A stretch of 40,000 nucleotides of DNA from Virgibacillus siamensis (GTDB lineage: Bacteria > Bacillota > Bacilli > Bacillales > Amphibacillaceae): the NCBI RefSeq assembly GCF_900162695.1, contig NZ_FUIH01000007.1, positions 1-40,000 of the forward strand. Direction: 5' to 3'. Numbering within the stretch: the first letter of the stretch is position 1; each line of letters starts with the position of its first letter. Below are positions 33,801-40,000 of this stretch, in pieces. A program made the position numbers and the translations under genes. The notes under the pieces are model-generated. The model ran no database searches. It saw nothing but the letters and a program-made list of their open reading frames with translations, and was not told the DNA's origin.

Positions 33801-34325
33801 AGTATATTTCATATAACCGGTGTTTTTAGTCAGTCCGATTACTGCATGTTTAGATGCCCCGTATGCTGCGCCCGCATGGGCACCGTTAAATCCGCCGGTT
33901 GAGGCGGTATTAATGATGACGCCGTTTTCTTTTTCCAGGAAAATCGGCAATGCTTTGCGCATCGCCCGCATAACACCTTTCGTATTCACATCAAAAATGA
34001 GGTCCCAGCGTTCATCTAAAATATCCCCGACCGGTTCAAACCCGTCCATAATACCAGCATTATTGACAAGAACATCCAAGGTTCCATATTCAGCTACTGC
34101 TGTATCAATCATGTTATCGATATCTTCCTGTTGTGCAACGTTGACCTGAATGGCTTTGGCGGTTCCATTATGTTCGGTGAGTTCGTCAACCGTAGCTTTG
34201 GCACCTTCCAAATTCAAATCAGCTGCAACAACCTTCGCGCCTTCTTTAGCATATAATTTTGCAATTTCCTTTCCCATTCCGGAAGCTGCTCCAGTAACGA
34301 TCGCCACTTTATCTTTTAATTTCAA
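33777..34325 (-). pseudogene. short-chain dehydrogenase/reductase, 3-prime truncated
   Basis: TGAASGMGKE (TGxxxGxG), NNAG and YGASKHAV (YxxxK) are present. The frame leaves SDR-like sequence after ...GLTKNTGYM and ends inside the GC-rich element. About 70 C-terminal residues are missing. Confidence 0.7.
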
Positions 34326-34472
34326 CTTAATTCCTCCTCAAGAACTTATTGAACATGTGTACAATAAAAATTATACTGGATAGTGAAAAGAACCACAAAC
34401 AACGGAAAGTACGGTTTATGTTCAGTAATCAACACTTGTATTTAAAAGTGTTTAATTATGGGGTGAAAAAAT

Positions 34473-35057
34473 TTGAAAACGGATCTTCGGATAATCAAAA
34501 CACAGGAAAGTTTGCGGCGTGCGCTGCTGACATTATTGAAATCAAAGCCTCTGGAATCCATTACAATCGCAGAACTGTGCCGTTTGGCAAAAATTAACCG
34601 CGGAACCTTTTACATGCACTATAAGGATGTTCACGAAGTTTTTAAACATTATGTAGAGGTGATTATTTATGATTTGCAGAAGTCGTATGAGGAACCATAT
34701 CATAAAACTAACTATGAGATTGAAAAGATCCAGGCAGATATGATCAAGATATTTCATCACGTGAAGGAATATCAGAGTTTTTATCAAATTGTTTTCGATG
34801 AACGGATTCCAATGATGTATTATTATTTGTTATTTGATACAATCCGTTCGTTCATGAAGGAGTCCATTAAAAAAGACAGGCTGGAAATGGAACAGGATAT
34901 CAATTACGATTATTTAATCAGTTACCAGACAAACGCTATTCTTGGGATTCTGATTGAATGGCACCGGGAAGGTTATGATACATCCATACAAGAACTTAAT
35001 AACCAGCTTATTACTATCGTTTCAATGAACAGTCCATTTCAGGGAAGTCCAAAATAA
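34473..35057 (+). CDS. TetR family transcriptional regulator
   Basis: 194 aa. N-terminal HTH ESITIAELCRLAKINRGTFYMHYKDVHEVF. Confidence 0.85.
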   Translation: MKTDLRIIKTQESLRRALLTLLKSKPLESITIAELCRLAKINRGTFYMHYKDVHEVFKHYVEVIIYDLQKSYEEPYHKTNYEIEKIQADMIKIFHHVKEYQSFYQIVFDERIPMMYYYLLFDTIRSFMKESIKKDRLEMEQDINYDYLISYQTNAILGILIEWHREGYDTSIQELNNQLITIVSMNSPFQGSPK

Positions 35058-35183
35058 TGCAAAACTTTTCGGAATAATAATAAAAAGTGTTAGAATAACG
35101 ATTAAAGGTCTTGTGGGAAACAGGACTTTGAAAAGCGAACAGAAGCGATTTGAGTTTCTATCATTTATGAAAGGGTTGATCAT

Positions 35184-35834
35184 ATGAAGGTTCTTGTAGT
35201 AGGTGCGAATGGTCAAATCGGCAAACATCTGGTTTCATTTATTCAGGAAACAGATGGGATGGAAGCAAAAGCGATGATACGTAAGCAGGAGCAGGCATCC
35301 TATTTTGAAGATTTGGGTGCGGAAACGGAAATTGTCGATCTGGAAGGTGACATTGATCCTATTGCAAAGGCTGCTGAAGGCGCTGATGCGGTTGTATTTA
35401 CAGCAGGTTCCGGCGGGCACACAGGTAAAGACAAAACGATTATGGTGGATCTTGACGGCGCCGTGAAAACCATTGAAGCGGCAAAAGCTGCTAATGTAAA
35501 ACGGTTCGTAATGGTGAGTTCGTATGATACAAGCCGTGAAGCAATTCAGGAAGCGAACGCATCCTTTGCACCATATGTGATTGCAAAACATTATGCAGAT
35601 GTTTGGCTCCGTAATACGGATTTGGATTATACGATTGTTCATCCGGGATTGCTGACAAATGATAAAGGAACTAGAAACGTTACTGCTGCATCTGAAGTGG
35701 AACGGGGAGAAGTTCCGAGAGAAGACATTGCCAGAGTTCTGCTTGCAAGTCTGCAGGATGAAACGACCGTTGGAAAAGAATTTCAGGTTGTAGGCGGTTC
35801 GACACCGGTTGCAGATGCTATAAAATTGGTTTAA
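35184..35834 (+). CDS. NAD(P)H-binding atypical SDR (NmrA/YhfK-like)
   Basis: 216 aa. MKVLVVGANGQIGKHLV Rossmann motif. The 220-aa antisense ORF is rejected. Confidence 0.8.
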   Translation: MKVLVVGANGQIGKHLVSFIQETDGMEAKAMIRKQEQASYFEDLGAETEIVDLEGDIDPIAKAAEGADAVVFTAGSGGHTGKDKTIMVDLDGAVKTIEAAKAANVKRFVMVSSYDTSREAIQEANASFAPYVIAKHYADVWLRNTDLDYTIVHPGLLTNDKGTRNVTAASEVERGEVPREDIARVLLASLQDETTVGKEFQVVGGSTPVADAIKLV

Positions 35835-35845
35835 GTGAAACCTGG

Positions 35846-35889
35846 AAAAGACCTCTTTCGAAGGCAACACCTTTGGAGAGGTCTTTTTA
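35846..35889 (+). terminator. rho-independent terminator
   Basis: aaaagacctct ... agaggtctttt long hairpin followed by T-run. Confidence 0.8.
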
Positions 35890-35907
35890 TGATGCATTCG
35901 TTGTATG

Positions 35908-36049
35908 TTTTATCATCCCTTCCTGGTTTATCAGTCACTTGACGGGTTTTATCAGTCAGATACCGCGGTTTATCGGTCACTTTGAAATTTTATCAGTCAC
36001 TTCATGGATTTTATCAGTTAGATACTGCACTTTATCAGTATTTCAAAGG
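35908..36049 (+). repeat. seven direct TTTATCAG(T)-type repeats at ~21-bp spacing (3-unit, ~62-bp higher-order duplication)
   Basis: Copies start at about 35908, 35927, 35949, 35969, 35989, 36010 and 36031. Units 2-3 (tttatcagtcacttgacgggttttatcagtcagatacc) parallel units 5-6 (tttatcagtcacttcatggattttatcagttagatact). Confidence 0.8.
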
Positions 36050-36102
36050 CCCGCTCGCATAAATCCGGCCAGATTTTTAATACTAAGGCAAAAAGGAGGG
36101 CT

Positions 36103-36270
36103 ATGATGGCAAAGCGAACAAAGAAACATGACGCAGACCAAAAGAACAAGCAGGGATTTGATTCCAGCAAACAGGATTCCGAGTTTTCCAAAGAAGTGGG
36201 AAGTGCAGAGGCGAATCGGCTTAAAAAAGAAAGGGCTAAACAAAGACGGGCGGATTACTGGGGTCTTTAA
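36103..36270 (+). CDS. small hydrophilic basic protein (55 aa), below the ORF-track cutoff
   Basis: RBS aaaggaggg. MMAKRTKKHDADQKNKQGFDSSKQDSEFSKEVGSAEANRLKKERAKQRRADYWGL. The composition is reminiscent of minor spore proteins, but this is not verified. Confidence 0.5.
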   Translation: MMAKRTKKHDADQKNKQGFDSSKQDSEFSKEVGSAEANRLKKERAKQRRADYWGL

Positions 36271-36297
36271 TGGCGAGTTTATAAAAGGTTGATAAAA

Positions 36298-36368
36298 CGT
36301 GGATACTTGTGTCAGTATCGTGGATATCACATACAAAATCGTGGATATATTTCGATTTCGGTATCCGC
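36298..36368. repeat. three CGTGGATA direct repeats at exactly 21-bp spacing plus one inverted degenerate copy (DnaA-box-like)
   Basis: CGTGGATA at 36298, 36319 and 36340. ggtatccgc at 36360-36368. The reverse complement TATCCACG matches 7 of 9 positions of the DnaA box TTATCCACA. Confidence 0.7.
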
Positions 36369-36383
36369 CTATATGTAATCAAA

Positions 36384-36416
36384 ATGTTCCAAGTGGACTA
36401 TTCCCACTTGGAACAT
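36384..36416 (-). terminator. terminator of the MFS gene
   Basis: atgttccaagtgg / ccacttggaacat perfect 13-bp stem, followed by tttt on the minus strand. Confidence 0.8.
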
Positions 36417-36420
36417 GTAC

Positions 36421-37629
36421 TTATTGTGCTTCAGTTGCGTTGACAGTTTTTAATACGGTACTTTCTCTTTTCCCATGCATGAAATAATATAACGCCGTTG
36501 TTATAAGCACGAGAGCACCCATTAAAATATACAGGTTGCTGTATCCGGTTATCGGAATGATGAATCCAAGCACATATGGCCCAAAACCGAGTCCTGCGTC
36601 AAGCGCAATATAATAGGTTGATGTGGCAAGTCCCACACGTGAAGGAGGCGTGACTTTTACCGCAATCGCCTGTGTGGTTGATTGCATATTACCGAAACCG
36701 AGTCCGATCAGAACACCGGCCAGTAATAATGGAATACTCGATTCCGCAGTACTTAGCAGTAATAACCCCGCTGTAAACAAAATAAACGCCGGATACATAA
36801 CGGAATTGGCACCTTTTACATCCATCAGGCGTCCTGTGAATGGACGTGATACAAGGATTGCAACTGCATAAACTACAAAGAACACGCTTGCCATTTCGAC
36901 CAGGTCAATTTCAATTGCATAAAAATTAATAAAGGAAAGCACACTGGAGTACCCAAGGGATACAATTAGAATTACAAGTGCAATTGGCAGTGCATTCGGC
37001 TCAATAAAATTCGAAAGTTTCCATTGTGCTTTCTTCTCAACATTCACCGGTTTTTCCACTTCCGGTACTTTCAAAAAGAGCGCAATGATCAAACTGATAA
37101 TTCCCAGTGCGAGACAAAAGCCGAAGATGACTGAAAATCCCGCATGCTGGCTCATGAACAGCCCGATAAAAGGACCGATAGCTGTAGCAAGTGTAATACT
37201 CATGCTGTAAAAGCTGATCCCTTCTCCTTTTCGCACTTCCGGAATTACTTCGGCGACAATTGTTCCGGTTGCCGTACTTGCCATCCCTAAAGCGATACCG
37301 TGCAGCAGCCGGGTGATCAGCAGAAACGTGATGCCTGCTTGGATAAAATAAAGAAGCGATATGAAAACGAAAAAAATCAGTCCGAAATACAGCATGCGTT
37401 TGTTGCCGATTGTGGTAATCATGCGTCCGATAAACAGTCGTCCGATTAATGTACCGATAATGAAAATTCCCGTTACAAGACCCGCCTGACTTTCGGAAAC
37501 ACCGTATTGTTCAACTGCGTAAACAGCCATTGTAACCAATAATAAATAAAAGACCAGGTATAAGAAAAAGTTTGCGGATGATACGATGATAAAATCTTTT
37601 GTCCAAAGTTTTGCTCTTGATTGATTCAC
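36421..37629 (-). CDS. MFS transporter (drug/H+ antiporter-like, 12 TM)
   Basis: 402 aa, about 12 hydrophobic segments. MFS motif-A-like GRLFIGRMITTIGNKR. Overlaps the upstream MarR gene by 4 nt. Confidence 0.88.
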   Translation of the reverse strand: MNQSRAKLWTKDFIIVSSANFFLYLVFYLLLVTMAVYAVEQYGVSESQAGLVTGIFIIGTLIGRLFIGRMITTIGNKRMLYFGLIFFVFISLLYFIQAGITFLLITRLLHGIALGMASTATGTIVAEVIPEVRKGEGISFYSMSITLATAIGPFIGLFMSQHAGFSVIFGFCLALGIISLIIALFLKVPEVEKPVNVEKKAQWKLSNFIEPNALPIALVILIVSLGYSSVLSFINFYAIEIDLVEMASVFFVVYAVAILVSRPFTGRLMDVKGANSVMYPAFILFTAGLLLLSTAESSIPLLLAGVLIGLGFGNMQSTTQAIAVKVTPPSRVGLATSTYYIALDAGLGFGPYVLGFIIPITGYSNLYILMGALVLITTALYYFMHGKRESTVLKTVNATEAQ

Positions 37630-38021
37630 TTCACTGTCTCCTTTTTCATCATGTTGTTTCGTATTTCTTTCATCAGTTGGATTGTCTTTTGCTGGTCCGC
37701 ATATGAAATTCCGGATAAAATTTCTTCTTCAAATTGATCGATTGTGATGCGAATCTTTTCATATACAATTGAGCCAGCTTCCGTAAGCTTCATTCGTTTT
37801 TCACGTTTGTCTTTACTCTTCGCCTGTCCCACATAACCCATTTCCTCCAGGCGATTTATAGTTCTGGTGATGGTTGGTTTCTCCACGCCATGATAATGGG
37901 AAATCTCCACATTTGTTGAAGGGCCATAATTGTATAAATAATACAAAATAGTCCACTGTGCACGGTGCATGTTGTGTTTGTTCAGCTGCTCGTTCAGCCG
38001 ATTTTCAAATGGACGGTACAA
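37626..38021 (-). CDS. MarR family transcriptional regulator (start uncertain, may extend to ~38060)
   Basis: Winged-helix block QWTILYYLYNYGPSTNVEISHYHGVEKPTITRTINRLEEMGYV. The frame stays open upstream (IKNTHTFFHELIL) behind a good RBS aaggggg but without a canonical start codon. Confidence 0.8.
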   Translation of the reverse strand: MYRPFENRLNEQLNKHNMHRAQWTILYYLYNYGPSTNVEISHYHGVEKPTITRTINRLEEMGYVGQAKSKDKREKRMKLTEAGSIVYEKIRITIDQFEEEILSGISYADQQKTIQLMKEIRNNMMKKETVK

Positions 38022-38216
38022 TAGGATAAGCTCGTGAAAAAACGTGTGTGTGTTCTTTATGGGAAAAACCCCCTTAATTAGTTAGCTTGGGTAATAGTTA
38101 GCGTGAGTAACCTTATAATAATATCAATTTTTTGGCGGGTTGTCCAGATATAAAGTCAAGTTGTTGTATTTTTATGATTAAAGGGATAAATTGGATAGAA
38201 GGAGGTGGGTGTATCG

Positions 38217-38759
38217 ATGAACATTACAGCACTCGTAGGAAGTATTCGAAAAGATTCGTACAATATGCAGCTTGCTAAAACTATGCAGGAACGGTACAGT
38301 GATAAGTTAAACATTAACATTGCCGATATCGGTTCACTGCCGTTTTTTGCGCAGGATGAGGAACATAATCCTCCGCAGATTGTGCAGTATTTTAAAGATT
38401 CCATCAAAAATGCGGATGGTGTTTTGATTGTAACACCTGAATATAACTGGTCTGTCCCCGGCGTATTGAAAAATGCACTGGATTGGACATCAAGGGTTGA
38501 TAAGGTATTGATTGGCAAGCCGGTAATGGTCGTTGGTGTGACTCCCGGTACAGCAGGGACATTGCGTGCCCAATTGCATCTCCGTCAAATATTGTCAGCA
38601 CCTGGGATCCAGGCAAATGTCCTTGCACCGGGTGGAAATGAGGTATTGATTAATTTTGCCGGACAGAAATTTGACGGTGGAAAACTGGCAGACAAAGACA
38701 CCCTGGAATTCCTTGACAATAAAGTAAAGGCATTTGTCGATTTTGTGGAATCTTTCTAA
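38217..38759 (+). CDS. NADPH-dependent FMN reductase family protein
   Basis: MNITALVGSIRKDSYN...TPEYNWSVPGVLKNALDW is the flavodoxin-like FMN_red pattern. ATG 38217 follows RBS aaggaggtg. Confidence 0.85.
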   Translation: MNITALVGSIRKDSYNMQLAKTMQERYSDKLNINIADIGSLPFFAQDEEHNPPQIVQYFKDSIKNADGVLIVTPEYNWSVPGVLKNALDWTSRVDKVLIGKPVMVVGVTPGTAGTLRAQLHLRQILSAPGIQANVLAPGGNEVLINFAGQKFDGGKLADKDTLEFLDNKVKAFVDFVESF

Positions 38760-38763
38760 ATGG

Positions 38764-38805
38764 AAACAGGCATCTGAATGATTTTATTTGGATGCCTGTT
38801 TTTTT
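38764..38805 (+). terminator. rho-independent terminator
   Basis: aaacaggcatc / gatgcctgttt 11-bp stem followed by T-run. Confidence 0.85.
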
Positions 38806-38843
38806 AAATCAATTGTAAAAAAAGATTGGGGAAGGGAGATTGT

Positions 38844-39407
38844 ATGGACAAGTCAATTATTTTAGGTGTACCGAAATTGGAAACGGAGCGGCTGTTACTT
38901 AGGAAAATCAGTCTCGATGATATTGCGGAAATGAATGAATATGGATCAAGTGACAATGTTTCCAGATATGTATCATGGCCAGCACACCAATCCACTGATG
39001 ACACGAAAAAGTTTGCGGATATTGTTCTGGCGGGGTATGAATCCGGTGAGCCTCCATTTTGGGGAATCGTTTTAAAAGAAAACAACAAGCTTATTGGAAC
39101 AATCAATTTTGTTTCTTGGATGCCGAAGCATAAAACAGGTGAGTTGGGATATGTACTTTCAGAGCGTTACTGGGGAAGGGAGCTAATGTCAGAGGCGGTT
39201 GACAGGGTGCTTGATTTTGGATTCCGGGAAATGGCACTTGTTCGGATTCAGGCCAGATGTTTTACCGAAAATCTTGGTTCTGAAAAAGTTATGAAAAAGG
39301 TTGGCATGACTTATGAGGGAACACTTCGGAAGGCGATGTTTGCTAAAGGAAGACACTGGAATTTAATGATGTATTCGATTCTGGATGAAGAATATTTTTC
39401 GGGTTAA
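38844..39407 (+). CDS. GNAT N-acetyltransferase (RimJ/RimL-like)
   Basis: LETERLLLRKISLDD start and WGRELMSEAVDRVLDFGF...ENLGSEKVMKKVGMTYEG are typical of the RimJ/L subgroup. ATG 38844 follows gaagggag. Confidence 0.85.
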   Translation: MDKSIILGVPKLETERLLLRKISLDDIAEMNEYGSSDNVSRYVSWPAHQSTDDTKKFADIVLAGYESGEPPFWGIVLKENNKLIGTINFVSWMPKHKTGELGYVLSERYWGRELMSEAVDRVLDFGFREMALVRIQARCFTENLGSEKVMKKVGMTYEGTLRKAMFAKGRHWNLMMYSILDEEYFSG

Positions 39408-39550
39408 ATCGAAATAATGGACTGGTGCATATGGAATTGGCGCTATCTATCTAATTCTCAAATCAACATACGAAACCATTATCACAGTCCAACCTCCTGT
39501 ATGCATAGTTTATAAGCAGGGTAAATAACCAGACAGGAGGGAAGCGAACG

Positions 39551-40000
39551 ATGAATTGGTATGCAAATGGTCCCCAATATCGAATGCCTTTCCACGGGTA
39601 CCCGCAGCCTTATCCGATTAATCCGTATCGGCAGCAGACAATACGCGGGCAGGCAACCTGGACAGAAGGCGGTCCGGTTTCGAAATGCGGTATTCCATGG
39701 TCAGCAAATGAATATATGACAGTCGCAGTCAGTCCGGAATCACCTTATCAATGCGGTCAGACATTAAAAATAACGAATCCCGCCATCCCGCAGCGTGAGG
39801 TGATCGTAACGGTTGTTGATGTAGTCCCTGGTGCCCCGCCAAATCGGATTAACTTGCAAAAACGGGCTTTTACCGCATTAGGTGCGAATCCGGCGCAAGG
39901 GGTTATCAGTGTGGAAATTACTCCGTCTCCTGAGCTTGAAGGCCAGGAATGGGGGAAATATCTGCTTGAAGTTGTACAGATTGGGTATCCGAACTACGAT
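39551..40000 (+). CDS. secreted or spore-associated protein with RlpA-like double-psi beta-barrel-type segment (3-prime partial, runs off window)
   Basis: RBS aggaggg. MNWYANGPQYRMPFHGYPQPYPINPY..., then CGQTLKITNP...REVIVTVVDVVPGAPPNRINLQKRAFTALG, which resembles DPBB/RlpA-like folds. No stop before the window end. Confidence 0.5.
   Translation, partial: MNWYANGPQYRMPFHGYPQPYPINPYRQQTIRGQATWTEGGPVSKCGIPWSANEYMTVAVSPESPYQCGQTLKITNPAIPQREVIVTVVDVVPGAPPNRINLQKRAFTALGANPAQGVISVEITPSPELEGQEWGKYLLEVVQIGYPNYD

Noticed and set aside
35235-35897. 220-aa minus-strand ORF antisense to 35184-35834
   Set aside because: The plus-strand frame has a clear Rossmann motif (VVGANGQIGKHLV), an RBS and a terminator. 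The antisense product is Cys/Phe/Asn-rich low-complexity sequence.
35873-36336. ORFs 35873-36106 (+) and 36043-36336 (-)
   Set aside because: Their peptides show 7-aa periodicity (FISHLTG/FISQIPR/...) because they translate the 21-bp DNA repeats. They have no RBS, and the minus ORF is antisense to a well-signalled 55-aa gene.
35908-36368. CRISPR array
   Set aside because: The repeat units are only ~11 bp of conserved core at 21-bp period, with no unique spacers of CRISPR length and no cas genes nearby.

Overview
The window reads as a Bacillaceae-type (Firmicutes) chromosome; I cannot assign a genus. It has three parts. (1) 1-1935: the tail of an rrn operon, with the 23S 3-prime end, 5S rRNA and a 14-gene tRNA array (Asn-Ser-Glu-Val-fMet-Asp-Phe-Tyr-Trp-His-Gln-Gly-Cys-Leu). 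(2) 1878-16522: a ~14.6-kb integrative island inserted in the 3-prime half of tRNA-Leu(CAA). It is bounded by a 58-bp direct repeat with one mismatch. It carries two tyrosine recombinases, an XRE-type regulator, a small-terminase-like HTH protein, an HNH endonuclease, a run of translationally coupled small ORFs and a sigma-region-4-like regulator. I recognise no capsid, tail, lysis, large-terminase or replicase genes, so it looks like a phage satellite (PICI-like) rather than a prophage. The island also holds two long ORF-free, hairpin-rich and repeat-rich stretches (about 3.3-4.0 kb and 12.3-13.3 kb), a duplicated promoter/operator, a candidate ~230-nt sRNA, several reading frames interrupted by in-frame stops, an AT-rich GNAT-Nudix-HNH cargo block, and an AT-rich two-gene membrane cassette of unknown function at the attR end (14515-16207). 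That cassette is my best candidate for an undescribed accessory or anti-phage system. (3) 16523-40000: ordinary chromosome. It contains an S-box riboswitch controlling a BHMT-like homocysteine methyltransferase plus metI-metC, with a truncated second S-box-like element in between. It also contains an N-terminally frameshifted orphan ABC ATPase, a BCCT transporter, a purC-like gene, a FabF / acyl-CoA ligase / thioesterase trio, a MetE-like gene, a CAX antiporter, an SDR gene truncated by a GC-rich repeat element, TetR, MarR-MFS and other housekeeping genes. One odd intergenic locus (35.9-36.4 kb) has two arrays of 21-bp-periodic direct repeats, one of them DnaA-box-like. All functional calls come from motif and sequence recognition by eye; no database search was possible.
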